A DNA stretch of 61,920 nt, counting the filler, from Sphacelaria rigidula (lineage: Eukaryota), in the NCBI GenBank assembly GCA_964200075.2. It is 10 parts of 10 records of this genome, joined end to end, with 100 filler letters (N's around TTAATTAATTAA, not from the genome) between each part and the next. Parts side by side here need not be neighbours in the genome. Positions count along the whole stretch, not along the records: positions 24,809 to 30,910 come from CAXNAA020022212.1; positions 31,011 to 37,112 come from CAXNAA020022213.1; positions 37,213 to 43,314 come from CAXNAA020022214.1; 7 more parts are not named here. One strand, 5' to 3'. The notes beneath the pieces are model-generated. The model searched no databases, was not told the DNA's origin, and worked only from the letters and a program-made list of their open reading frames with translations. The translations under genes were made by a program, and so were the position numbers. Of the stretch, positions 25,268 to 38,349 are shown in pieces; position 1 is the first letter of the stretch; each line of letters begins with the position of its first letter.

Positions 25268-27033
25268 CGAGGGTAGGTCGAGTAGAGTATGTACTTTTGA
25301 GTACTCGAGTAAAATACTCAAGTATTTACTCTACTCGACGTTTGAGTAGGTCGAGTACGGCCTCAAATACTCTACTCCAATTTCGAGTAGGTCGAGTACG
25401 GCCTCAAATACTCGACTCCAATTTCGATTAGGTCGAGTACGACCTCAAATGCTCTACTCAAGTATTGAGTGAGCGCTTTCAGTAATACTTGAGTATAGAG
25501 TATCACCTGAGTATGATCTCGATACTCCACTCAATTTTTGAGTACGTTGAGTACGGCCTCCAATGCGTTCCTCAACTTTTGAGTAGGTTGAGTACAAGAC
25601 ACTTTCTACGATAGCCCCCCCCCAAAACCAGCTGAAAGTGGTACGAAAAAAATGGCCATAAAGCGCCTGATGTTCGGGTCCAGGCTGCATGAAGCGCCTC
25701 ATATTGGCGACATTGGCTGGAACTAACCCAAACGTGGGAATCCCCAGCTTCTCGCTGTGCTCGGCTTTTCCCATCTCGGTTTACGTGCAGATTTTGCCTC
25801 TCAAAACCATGCACTTTTTGGGGGGGGGTATCGTAGAAAGTGTCACGACCTCAAATAGTCTCCTCAAATATCGAGTAAGCACTCTCAGTAATACTTTAGT
25901 ATAGAGCATCACTTGAGTATGACCTTAATACTCTACTCAAATGTTAAGCAGGTTGAGTATGGCCTCAAAAACTCTACTCGAATTATTGAGTAGGTTGAGT
26001 ATGGTCTCAAATACTCTGCTCAAATTTTGAGTAAATCGAGTACGACCTCAAATACTCTTCTAAAATACTGGGTAAGCACTCCCAGTAATACTTGAGTATA
26101 GAATACCCCTTGGTTATGGTGAGTATTCCTGACAGTCGGTGACTTCTTGACATCACGTCAGACTATGTTGAATACATGGGCGAATGATGGCCAATAATCA
26201 GATGGGCGGCGTCACATCACAGGCAACAAGAAGTATGAGCGAATGATGGCCATGAAAAATCTGAAAAGCGTGCAGGGCCCTTCGACAATACCCCAACATT
26301 CATTCTACCCTAGTTTTGTGCCATTTGGTTCTGATCCGAATGTTTGCTGAAGTTTGACCTTGAATCAACACTCATCATGGGTGGGTAACTCTGGGAATAC
26401 CTCGGTATTTCCTCTATCCGAGTTTGAGTATCTTTCTTCAGAACTTGAAGATTGAAGTTGAAGTTATAGGTTTTCGGTACATCGGATCCGGCCTCAAATA
26501 CTCTACTCAAATTTTGAGTATGTTGAGTACGGCCTTAAATGCTCTACTCAAATTTTGAGTACGTTCAGTACGGCCTCCAATGCTCTACTCAAATTTTGAG
26601 TAGGTAGAGTACGACCTCAAAATACTCTACTCAAATATTGAGTAAGCACTCTCGGCAATACTTCAGCATAGAGTATCACTTGAGTACGACCTCAATACTC
26701 TACTCAAAATTTGAGTAGGTTGAGTATGGCCTCAAATACTCTACTCAAATTTAAGTAGGCCGAGTACGGCCTCCAATACTCTACTCAAATTTCGAGTAGG
26801 TCGAGTACGACCTCAAATACTCTACTCAAATATTGAGTGAGCACTTTCAGTAATACTTGAGAATCGAGTATCACTTGAGTATGACCTCAATTCTCTACCC
26901 AAATTTCGAGTAGACTGAGTATGATCTCAAATACTCTACTCGAATTATTGAGTAGGTTGAGTACGACCTCAAATACTCTACTCCCACTTCAAAAATACAG
27001 AGTATTGAGTACACTCTACTCAACCTACGCTTG
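25268..27033. mobile_element. Non-autonomous hAT-like element made mostly of ~39-bp palindromic repeats
   Basis: TIRs CGAGGGTAGGTCGAGTAGAGT / ACTCTACTCAACCTACGCTTG; 8-bp TSD AAGGTTTG / AAGGTCTG; repeat unit CTCAAATACTCTACTCAAATTTTGAGTAGGTTGAGTACGAC. Confidence 0.85.
25598..25844. mobile_element. Nested MITE with GAC...GTC ends and a probable 4-bp TSD; diverged relative at ~29010-29200
   Basis: GACACTTTCTACGATA / TATCGTAGAAAGTGTC; flanks ACAA / ACGA interrupt one repeat unit. Confidence 0.75.
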
Positions 27034-27774
27034 AAGGTCTGCTGATGTTGTTGTTGTTGTTGATGATGATGGTGGTGGCGAACTTCCAACTTAATCATTA
27101 TTGGTGTAAAAAGACAAGCACAAAATATAAAATGAAAACAACAACAAATCAGTCTCACAACAACAAATAGCAAATACCGCTAAAAAATCGAAATACTCAT
27201 TCTCAATTTCCTTTTGACATGAAAGCAGAGACACCTAAAGAGCGAGCGCCAGAAAAACATACGACACAGAAAACCACAAATAGACACGAAAAAGTAGACA
27301 AGACTAGATCGTCAAAAACAGTTCATCATTTCCCTTGTTGAGTTATTCGGTACAGAATTGAAATATCATCTGAGATCACAATAAAACAGATGCATGCTCC
27401 AGACACATTCATCAGTGCTCCGTGAAACGCGGGAAAAAAAACAGAGAAAATAATGATAGATTGATGAATGCGTCAGACATATCCACCACCATTCAATATG
27501 AAAACAATTTGAACAGAATCGAAGTAATAATCACAAAATGACTTGAAGCATCATCCGAACCCCCCCCCCCTCCCCCCAGAATAACGCTGATAAATGCTAA
27601 CTCTTAAAACAACCATAGCGAAAAGGGCCCAGGGCCATCATCAGATATATTCATCAATATTCCGAGAAGGAGCCCTGACGAACAAATTAACAAACAAATA
27701 AGCACACACACTCATGTATGCAGGCAAGCATGCATACAAACATGCATACATCTTACAGCGTAAAATAAACTCAC

Positions 27775-28028
27775 GAGCCATGCTACGGTAGGGGTGCACA
27801 AATATTTTTTCTGAGATTAGAATTGTCAGGAGCCCTTTACCTCATCCAATAACACGACTTTTGAAATACGTGAGAGCACGCCAGGATTACTATTCTAATG
27901 TGCTAGGGATATCCCGAATGAATTTGCAAACGGGGATGCCCTGACCCATATTCTTGTGCATCTAGGATCCTTAGGAGCCCCTGAACCAAACAAGATTTAA
28001 AAAGTGCACCCCTACCGTAGCATTGCTC
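27775..28028. mobile_element. MITE with GAG termini and a probable 4-bp TSD (Sola-like)
   Basis: GAGCCATGCTACGGTAGGGGTGCAC / GTGCACCCCTACCGTAGCATTGCTC; flanks TCAC / TTAC. Confidence 0.78.
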
Positions 28029-28036
28029 TTACTCAA

Positions 28037-28329
28037 TCAGTAATAGTCCGTTTCTTTCGACCACGGATCTTCCTGTCGACCTCCATTCTCCAAACTATCT
28101 ACGCTTTGCGCGCTTTCTCTCCTGGCACCGACCCCCCGCGGCTGCCGGCGCCCTTTACCCGCTATATCCCCGTCCAGGTCTAGGATATCCTCCTCTTCGC
28201 CATCGAGGTCGTCGTCGTATTTGCCGCCCGCTTTCTGCTCATTGCCGGCGCCGCAGCTGCCGTTACCGTCACCGCCCGAGGGCTCGCCGCCGCAGGATCT
28301 GCCGCAGTCATCGTGTTCGTCGCCTTCGT
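28037..28329 (-). CDS. Probable terminal exon of an unidentified gene (acidic, low complexity)
   Basis: CAG acceptor, then an open GC-rich frame EGDEHDDCG...DDDLDGEEEDILDLDG...PWSKETDYY*. Confidence 0.55.
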
Positions 28330-30066
28330 CTGCTTGTGGTTACAGACGAGGGGTGAGAACAATGTACTCCCCATTGGATGAGCACGCGGTCGTTTCTGTG
28401 CATGTAAACGAATTTTCGTTGGAGTTGTTGTCGGGTTTCCCCCCCCACTACATGCGACAATCAATCAAATTAAATCAAAAGGTACTGCATGGAGAGTAGA
28501 ACGTACGGTGAAACTTCTCTCGGTGCAAGTACAGAGGGGGGGGGGGGGTTGCTCATGATCATGCATGCCATAGTCATAAGACCATTGACTATGGCATGCA
28601 TGATCATGAGAGTACACCCCCCCCTCACACACACACGCACCCGAGAAAGAAAAAGAAGAAATATAAATAATTGACCGACAAATATCATTATTATTACTTG
28701 TCCATAATATATTGGTTATCTTCCGACCATCACCTTATCGGGCGTGTATTTGCTTCACCGGGAGTTCTTCTACACGCGCATGTAAATGTATGCTTGATTT
28801 GCCTCTTGACAGAAAAGGACAAACTCGCACGAGAACCCGGGAACTATACACCAAGGATGCAAGGGAAACGCACACACAGAGAACCCGGGAACTTCTCCAA
28901 CGAGATTATGTACCCGGAGAGCCGACGTACACAGGGAACGCGTGACCAGAGATGTCTAATGCCGCGATAGCTCACCGACAAACCAGCCTCAAATTAGTGC
29001 ACGAAGGAAACGGCCATATCGCGCATGATACATGGATTCAGGCTGCATGAAGCGCATCATATGGGCGACATTGGCGGAAACGATCCATAGCGTAGGAATT
29101 CCCAGCTGTTCGGTGTGCTCGGATTTTGCCCTTTTGATTCACATGTAGATTCCGCCCAATCCAAAAAGTCACGTATCTGGGTGGGGCTAGTGCGACATCG
29201 TCAGTCAGATCGTGTTGCGTATCATCGTGAAAAAAGCGGGTCGTACAGAGTGAAGGCCTCATGATGGGCAGTGCTTGTATAAAACAATTTACCTTCTCGT
29301 GATAATGGCAGATTGACACACAATAGGCGGTTGGAAATCTTCATTTAATTCAATACACAAAGGTCAAACCAGAAATTGTGTGGTGTATGATAAGGGCCGT
29401 TCGAGTAACTCTATGATCTCTCTCTCTCTCCCGCCCCCTCTCCAATTTTCATGTTCACTGACGATATCAAACGGGAGATCTGAGATATAGGTGGCCCACA
29501 GCACATACTGGAGGAGTCAGTATCCTCTACACAATCGCGTAATATAGTCACAGTCTGCCTGGTTGGTTACCTGATTGATTCTTTTTTTATCGATAGCTTG
29601 GTTATCACACATTGATCGATCCCTGAGGGATCTAGTCGTGGTTATTATCCATAAGACAGACGTACCCAAGATAAAACAATAATATGGAAACGTTCGCGGA
29701 AGGAAACTCGAGGGGAAAACATAAGACGAGATAAACATAAAACAAAAACAAAAAATAGGTACAAGCGGCAACAATGTTTTGTATGAATTCAGACGGTGCC
29801 CGAATGGTACTAGCTGGAATATCATACACGTGTAGTATATGTATATGTATATATATATATGTATATATGTGTGTATTATTCATGTCTCAAAACGTATGGG
29901 GGTGAGTATTAAATCGAACACGTCGATGAGATTCGGGAAGATTCGAGGGTGCTGATTCAAAGCTCGACGCTTGATTGTCAAATAGGTGCTCCTGCAAGGG
30001 AGAGATGGTTTGATCGCTCGAGATTACTGGCTCGTCCAGAGGAAGGGTAGCGGGGGGAGGGGGGGT

Positions 30067-30847
30067 GTACTCGTGATATTGCATGCCGTAGTCATGAGAC
30101 CATTGACCCCGTCGCTCTACAAAGCTGGGACGGAGCACGTCGGGTTTTCGCCGAACCAGGTTCGCAGTCAGTCACCAAGCGCGAAGCACCGGGGTGTGCT
30201 CGGCGAGTCGCAGTTGCACCCTGCTAAGATTGTTCAGCAGTAAGTGTATTGATTATCTTACATCTGGAGGACAACCCACAATATTATTTCATTCTCTGGT
30301 ATCGCCTCTTCTAGAGACAGGCACGGCTTACACACTGTCTCATGGGTGTCTCACGGACGGGAAGGGGGGAAAAGGGGTCAAACAAGGCCGGGGGGAAGGG
30401 GGGGGTGTACTCATTTTTTGCATGCCTTAGTCGTTTGACCATTGACCACGCACTACTTTCGAGACGGAGCACCATTCTTACTTCTAATAGAGACACCTCC
30501 AACATTGGGCGCCCATTACACCAAACATGACGGGAGGGGTGTACTCATGATCTTGCGTGACATAGTCACATGATCGTTGACCTCGCATCCCTATAAATCC
30601 GGGACGGAGCACGCCGGATTTTCGCCAGACCGAATTCGCAATCAATCACCAAGCGCGAAGAGCCGTGGTGTGTGTGTTCGGCAGGTCGCATGGAGGATCA
30701 GCTATATCCTGCTGAGATTGTTCGGCCCGAAGCCTACTAATTATCGTGCATTCGGATGACAGCCTACAATGAGTTGCTTCATTTTCTGGTATCGCAATTT
30801 CCAGAGACAGCCACATCTTATACACTGCCTCATGGGTGTCTCACCAT
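30067..30847 (-). mobile_element. Stacked copies of an abundant SINE-like repeat and a LINE 3' tail; further copies at ~31011, 35600, 36107, 38535, 40811, 43261, 48300, 49463, 50066 and 60630
   Basis: Recurrent + strand GTACTCATGATCTTGCATGCCGTAGTC...CCAGAGACAGCCAC...GGGTGTCTCA, usually preceded by a G run. Confidence 0.85.
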
Positions 30848-31154
30848 GACGGGGGGGGGGGGGGGGGGGGGGGCTTATTTTTTTTTTGCTTTGTTGTTTT
30901 TCCTTTTGACNNNNNNNNNNNNNNNNNNNNNNNNNNNNNNNNNNNNNNNNNNNNTTAATTAATTAANNNNNNNNNNNNNNNNNNNNNNNNNNNNNNNNNN
31001 NNNNNNNNNNTGATTATCTTGCATTTGGATGACAGCCTACGATGAGTTGCTTTATTCTGTGGTATCGCCACTTCCGTAGACAGCCACGGCTTATACACTG
31101 CCTCATGGGTACGTATTTTTTTTTGAGCGGGGGGTATCGGGGCATCACTCAATG

Positions 31155-31581
31155 AACAGCCGGTCATCGAAATTGAGGGTGGAGGTTTTCGTTGAGGATG
31201 AGAACCCGGAGAATTGAGATCTTCGTATCCACACCGCGTCTTCGAAATATGCTCACATTCCTTCACCTCCTGGTAGGTGTTGACAACTACTGCTCGCCGT
31301 ACAAATCATGATTTCGATACCAGGTGAACAATCGGTTTCCGGAAATTCCGACGACACGATCATATCACCTAAATTTCCCAAAAATATTTCTTCACCTGGG
31401 ACCCCAGCATTTCGGTGATCGAAATCCGAATTTGTATAGCGTGTAGTAGTTTTCAACAGCTACCAGTAGGTGAAGGAATGGAAGCATATTTCGAAGATTT
31501 GTTCTGGATACGGAGATTTTAATTCTCCGGGTTCTCATCCTCAATGAAAAGCTCCATCTTCAATTTTGATGATGGGCTGTT
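31155..31581. mobile_element. AACA...TGTT-type fold-back element, ~135-bp TIRs, 4-bp TSD
   Basis: AACAGCCGGTCATCGAAATTGA / TCAATTTTGATGATGGGCTGTT; AATG on both sides (31151-31154, 31582-31585). Confidence 0.88.
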
Positions 31582-31754
31582 AATGGTGGAATAAAAGAGG
31601 AATAATCGTAAAGCCTTTCTTAGTGTTGCTACGGTGGATAATAACTACGTAGTACCTGTCGGTCCATCACTTCGTCCATGCGCTAGTGAGGGTGGAACAC
31701 CCTTTGCCGTCGTGTATATTGTAGCATGACCGATTGTGGCGGCTCAAAACTCAC

Positions 31755-34700
31755 CTGTGTGGTCGTCTTGAGCACCTTGAATCCTCGAAAAGCCAGGATC
31801 CTCAGAATGTCATCTACGTACACCACGATACATCGAAAAAAAAGGGATATCGCGCAATCGTTGGACGGGCAAGTTCGAGAAGGTTGGACAACATGGTTCG
31901 AGCTATGTTTAATCCTTCGAGCACCTGGGCTGGCTTCGCTATCATGTCGTTGGCTGACAGCCCTGTATCAGAACTGCGCATCATGTTGCCATGATCTAGT
32001 GTTCACAACACCATAAAGTAGATATATGTATAGGAAATAGATGACTGCATACAGTACAGTACAGTACAGTAGTGCGCCGTTGCACTCCTTTGGTCATTAT
32101 CCAAGTTGCACAACACTATCATTATCCAGTCGCACGCTAGAATGCGTTTGACGTCTGTGATTTTGAACGCACGTCATGATCCATTAGCTCGAGTTGGCCT
32201 TTCCCGCCGGTTTGTCCATCTGATCCATTCAAATAGCAAGTGAAATGTTCATATGTAATCATCTTGGCTTTTGTACGAGTCCACGTCGCTCACAAACTTT
32301 CGATGACACCCTCTCGAATCATGAACTGACATAATTAGAAACTCGCGTCGTGTGGCATTTTCAGTGTGAGCGAAGCTGCCTTTTTCCCAGGTGTCTAGCA
32401 ATGGTCCAGCTGATGAGGGTTCCGGCGGCGGGCTGTGCAGAGCTGCTGCCGTAGATAACACGTGCAGGTTTGTCTGGCTTTTTCGGTTTTGATTCTGCAA
32501 GATTTTCTTCGCCGCTCGTTCGAAGTCATACCACGGAGAAATCGCACTGTTGAAGCAAAGTCGGAGAAAAGTTTGAATCATAGTTGTGGACCGCATACGG
32601 GTGATTCACAATAGGGATACGTGAGTTGATGATAATCTACCTGCGCATTCTTTCTATCCAGTTTTCACGAAAAACAGTGCGGTCCTTAACGACAATCCTG
32701 ACCCTCATTGTGAGCAGCTGTCAGGTATCCTTTTGCTTCTCGACATCAAGTCAAAGGATGATAGGTACTGTGGTCAAGCCTTGCCCCCCGATGATGAAGA
32801 TGCGAGCTCTTTGCGATAATTCGGGGTACGATTTGAAGCCCTTCGACCGTTCGGGTGAATGTACCTCTTGCATGTATTGATCATATTCCACACGGTGCAT
32901 AATGACAGTAAGTACATGATCAATACATGCAATAGGCAAAAAACACGGGGTACAGTATAGGCCTCATATATTGCAACTTTTGTAAGTCGAAACTAGTTTA
33001 CGAGAGACCCGTACTTTAATCAGTATGTTTTTTGTCTGTTGCATCTCCTATTGACAATATATTGTCGAGAGTGCGCATCATTCTCACTTGAAAAATGAAC
33101 CATCAGAACAGGCATCACTCTGCAGGCGCTCGAAGAGTTCGTGTCTCGATGTTTCTGCAGTAAAGATTCCTCAAAACCTTGCAGCGTCGAAATGGGATAG
33201 TAACCCTTTAACCGCTGGCGCGGGCAATGTGTGTCTCGGAGTCATTTCTCCAGGGAAGGCAGTGCCGACGCGTCAAAGGCAACAGATGACCCGTCGTAAT
33301 TGTGAAAGAATTAACCGTCAAGCGTGCGAACATGTTCACGCCTCTTTTTGCGAAAGTAGAATCTCGTAACAAAATACGTGCGTGTAACCAAGGTCAGCAT
33401 TGTACAGACGTAGCGACTAGTATCATTCAGTTACCGTCTCTAACCACAGTGGCAAAATTGGCGCATAAGCTGGAAGCGCTGTCTAACGGGTTCGACAGCG
33501 ACATTTTTGTTCACCTTTTCCACTTTTCCCCTACTGTACCTATTATTGGAGTCCTCCGTGCTGTCGAAGACGGGAGAAAGATCCGCACATATTCGCTTGG
33601 AGCTCCACCGTTGCTGCCTCAACAAAGGACACCTTTTGAACCCGACGCATGTACACAGTGAAAGCATGAGTGGTACGGTGAAATGCCACACCTTTGTGCA
33701 GCTCCGAGGTCCCAGGCTGGAGCAAAGCGAACACTTTCTCCTCTGGCACGAAATCACTGCGCACTGCAGGGCCGGCGGCTTCTCCTTCTTCTTGCTGTCC
33801 TCGCACGCCTTGCGCCGGATTGCGATCAGCACCCAAGCAAAAGTTGATCTCCCAGAAAGCAGAGGCCAAAGAGTCGCTTCCGTGCACAGCATTTTTCGTG
33901 CCGTCCGTACCGTACAGAGCTCTCAGACTGGAGGGGGCTGATTCCTTCGCCTCCGTCGAGTTCGTCGGCCCTGCTAGTCTCCTCCAAGCCGTTACAGCAT
34001 CCTCCTGTACATTTGTGTTGTGTTTTTATTGATGTACCATCATACACACCGCTCTTTGCATCACTTCATCCCGCTGGATACCTAAAGCATACACCAGTGC
34101 AGACCTGCCAGTTAAACCCGAAAGATATTAGTCACTTTGGTTCATTGCTCGTTTGGCGTTCATGTACGGCCGAGACGCTGGCAAGGATATCACGGCATGT
34201 ATATGTCGATATCTTTTGAAAGAGAAGGAGAGATGCCACTTCAGGCCAAAGAGGAGGCCGACTCTATTTTCGCCAAGGCGGCATGCTCTCGTTCGTGAAA
34301 TTCGCCGACAGTAAGAGGTAACGGCTCAGCTAGCCGATGTCTCATGGAACATAAATATTGGGGTATCCAAAATGGTACACGTAGGAGTTGAATAAAAAGA
34401 GCAAAGGAAACCAAGTGGCACAAGTCGAGATGAGACTTGCCGTATGTGGCCTTGTTTGAAGGTGTCACGTGTCTCCAGATGTTTCGCCCGACTTTGTGAT
34501 CGTTTGTTTGGTATAAACATATCTTGCAGCTTGGCTTGGCTTGTGATTGTGATGGTGAAATGCCGGGGTGGATAAATATTGTCAGCGTCATAAAGCGTAG
34601 AAAGGGCGTACGTACTGTACGGTAATGCGTAGGGACTGCCGCTTCGAGGACTGCCTAGCAGTATCCACGACACTGTGCCTTTGATTTGATGTAGATTCGA

Positions 34701-35453
34701 AGTTGTAGGGTAACGCCTGGACGGACGACCTTCGGTTTTGGCCAAGCATAACGCTGCGTGCCACTCTACTCCCTGCCCGTTTATGTCACCCGGGGGTCGA
34801 GAAATGAGCGGGGGAACTTGTGGAGACGTGACGTAGCACGCGGGTTGCCGTCACCATTGAACGGTGCAGCTCGCCGTCTGTGAAGTACTCCCACACATGA
34901 CAGGAGTAACACCATCCCGGCATTTCCATAATACTCCATCACTATAATCAGAAGTGACAGTCAACATCTGAACAGTACAGTGGACGCATGTGACAATGCA
35001 AAGGCGCACGACGAGGATCGCCTGTCGCAAGCACAATCAAGATGTCGAGACCCGGTTCCCCGTTGTGTTCTGGGTACCAGAAGGACAATAATTTCGATCG
35101 CCCCAGCAATATATATATATATATATATGTCAACATTTTCGCTCGAACTTCATAGACACAGGTCGGAGCTGCTCCGCGTACTCCATCAAGTGTACAATGT
35201 ACACACCATGGATCACAAATACTTTCCATGCGTCTGTCCCACAAGTAGCTGGATAGATGTGTGTGTGTGTGTGTTGTGTGTATGTCTTGCCTTTTCGAGA
35301 CAGAGCTGAACAACCGAACCGCTAGTCATGTACTCCACGAGGCTGTCGTAAAAAGGTTTCTCCTTGTGTTCTGAGTAGAAATCTTCAGCTTGTTCCCTGG
35401 GCCACGTTACCCCGTCGACCCTCGCGACCACCACGAAACCGTCGTCCCTCGCC
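31755..35453 (-). CDS. Tandem nucleoside-diphosphate-kinase-domain protein (group II, NME7/NME8-like), internal exons
   Basis: Phase-consistent exons 35453-35291, 34004-33692, 31813-31755. [55 protein letters not shown], then the start of a second domain KVFALLQPG...[11 protein letters not shown]. Confidence 0.92.
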
Positions 35454-35599
35454 CTGGACGAACGCACGCATGAACAAGGTGGGCGTGAGAGAGACTGCGG
35501 CGTATTCCACGGCACACGGAACACGAGCATTCGGGGGGCAGGAGTTGAACAAGAGGTACTCGGTGCGACTTGGCCATCTATGTGGCATGGTGTACACGT

Positions 35600-36600
35600 G
35601 ACCTTGCATGCCGCAGTCATAAGACCATTGAGCTCGCATTTCGACAAAGCCAGGACGGAGCACGCCGGGTTTTAGATGGACCAGGCTCGCAAACACCAAG
35701 CGCGAAGCGCCGTGATGTATTCGGCGAGTCGCGTGAGGGGTGACCTGCATCCTGCGAAGATTGTTCGGCCCGAAGCGTACTGAGATTCTCGCGTAAGGAT
35801 GGCAGCCTCGAATGACTTGCTTCATTGTCTGGTATCGCCACTTCCAGAGACAGCCACGGGTGTCACAGTGTCTCATGGGTGTCTCACCATGTGAACACTC
35901 GTACGTAGTAAGATCATCCCCTTTGCGCAGAGCTGAGGTTTCTTACTCTATACAATATGATCTAATCGATCACCATCGTGGTTGCCGCGAAGAAACGCAG
36001 GCGAGAAAACACGGTAACCTGGTTGCATAGCTTACCCAGCGAGTGGCGTGTGTCAAAGAGTCGCTGCCAACCATCGCCAACCCTTGAAAAGAGCGAGCAA
36101 GAGGCCGTACTCATGATATTGCATGCCGTAGTCACAAGACCATAGGCGTCGTATGCCTAAAAAGCCAGGATGGAACACACCGGGTTTTCGCCGGTCGCCA
36201 GGCGCGAATCGCCGTGATGTGGTCGGCGAGTCGCGTGACTGGTGATCTGTATTCTACCTGGAATGGTTCTTGCGTATGGATGGCAGCCTCCAATGAGTTG
36301 CTTCATTTGCTAGTATCGCAACTTCCAGAGACAGCCACGAGTTTCTCACTGCCTCATAGGTGTCTCCCCACTTAAACACTACATAGAGCCATCATCCCCT
36401 TTGTGCAGAGTTGAGTTTTTCCCATCCTGCACAAAATATGATCTAGTCGACCACCATCGCGGTGAACGCAAAAGTCTGAATCAACCACCAATATGCCTTA
36501 CCGCGAAAAGGAAGCAACCCCACCCCCCGGTAACCTGGTTGCCTAGTTCACGCAGTGATCGGCGTGTCTAACAGTGTCGTTGCCAACCGACTCAAACCCA
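35600..36600 (-). mobile_element. Two near-full-length (~500 bp) tandem copies of the SINE-like repeat
   Basis: 35600-36085 and 36107-36600 are colinear and share the head (+ strand) GGTAACCTGGTTGC...TGCCAACC, also seen at 60855-60930. Confidence 0.8.
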
Positions 36601-38349
36601 TGAAGGGGGGCGAGGGGTGGGGGATGAGAGAGAGATAGGGAGTTGGGACTGCGGACGCATAATTCCTGGGAAGCTTACACGAAGAAGTAGTGATTCCATG
36701 CAAAAGCCGCACCCTCATACCCTAAAACCAAACGGCTGATTCATATCCCCCGTGTCGTTGAGCGACTCGTGTGCCTAAACCATTCGATGCAAGTCGACAA
36801 CCTGCAGGAGTGCTGGAAAACGGAGAGCGCAAGGTAGGTGCCAGCGGAGAGGTGGGTTAATCCGTTGAGACGACGGAGTTGTCCTGAGGAAGGGAAAGCC
36901 CCCTTTCAATATAAGTAAAGAATGAAAAGAACCAATGCTGGCGATCACTCATTTTTTCGATCAGATAGAGGCGTTTTTGAGGGTGCCTGGGGTTGTTTTG
37001 TTTTCGAGTCGAATCCTAACGTGGCGGCCATACTAATCTCCTTGTGTCACCTGTCTTTTCCTGTTTTGTCCTTTATTATCTTTTGTTTTCCTTTCTTTCG
37101 GTGTACATTTTTNNNNNNNNNNNNNNNNNNNNNNNNNNNNNNNNNNNNNNNNNNNNTTAATTAATTAANNNNNNNNNNNNNNNNNNNNNNNNNNNNNNNN
37201 NNNNNNNNNNNNACAGGCCGGTGTAGGGAAGAAAAAATGGCCTTTACAATCGCGACCACTAACACGGAAGAGTTAGGAAGGGGGGGGGAGGGGGGGGGGG
37301 GGCATGATTGTGGAAGATTGCGGATGAAATAAGACAAGAACGAACGGGCGGGACACGACTGAAAACACGTCAGCCCAGAGAAGCAAACTGTATGCCCATT
37401 CAAACGCTGCAGGCGCCATGCCTGGCAGAGAACTCCCTGTCCATGCAGGCATCAGCATGTTTCACGTTTCACACAAACTCTTCCGAAGAAGGCACTGGTG
37501 ATGTCGGGCAACATCCGGAGCACAAAACAGGCCCACGTCATTTTCCTCTGTCAGGTAAGAGCATCACGGCAGCAAACACATATATAAAAACCACACTCAG
37601 GACGGAACACGTTTTCAAACACTGACTTTCAGCACTTCGCAGACGTCACACGGAACACCATAGCTCATTCTTGTACGACCGATATTCAATGTGAACATTG
37701 CAAAAGCCGCGATTCAATTTGCGCGACCCGAGGAACAGATTCGCCTGCTTACCCTGTTTCGGCAAGCGGAGATAAGTCATCTCTTCGACAGCGAGGTAGT
37801 CATATATGCCAATGCAGGCGATTGTGGCCCGATTTTTAACTTACAAAACACTGCTCCTGTTGAGATTCCAACGTCTCCGCTGTCAAAGGGTTGAAATGGC
37901 CCGAAATTAAAATGCACTGGCATATCGACAAGTCAACACAATAAGTCGCGAAAATTCACCCTCTTTATTGTAAACATAAATGTGTTCCTTTGGATAGCAC
38001 CCATGGAACCTCTTGCTTCGCGGCGATATTACCCCCCCACCCCCTCCTTCTCGAAAGGGATGCGTAGTCAATGGTCAAACGACTAAGGCAAGCAATAAAT
38101 GACTACGCCCCCCCTCCTCCTTCTCACTGATTTGATCGTAGACACGAGAGCAGCGGACCGAAGCAGGGTTCGGATGACAAGTTTCGCGGGGCAAGATTTG
38201 GTCAAGTCAGGGTAGTGCAAGGAAACATCATGTGCAGAAAGGCCAGTTCACCATGCATAGGGTTCTAGCCCTACAGCATCCACGTTCCGTGTGGAAGAAG
38301 ACTTGGATACCACCCCGCCCCCGCCCAACCGTGTGATTGCAGTCATTAC

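Noticed and set aside
25330..26990. Regularly spaced palindromic repeats resembling a CRISPR array
   Set aside because: No unique spacers and no cas genes; enclosed by TIRs and an 8-bp TSD in eukaryotic DNA.
31800..31825. YVDD motif suggesting a reverse transcriptase
   Set aside because: It spans the splice acceptor of an NDK exon; there is no RT context.
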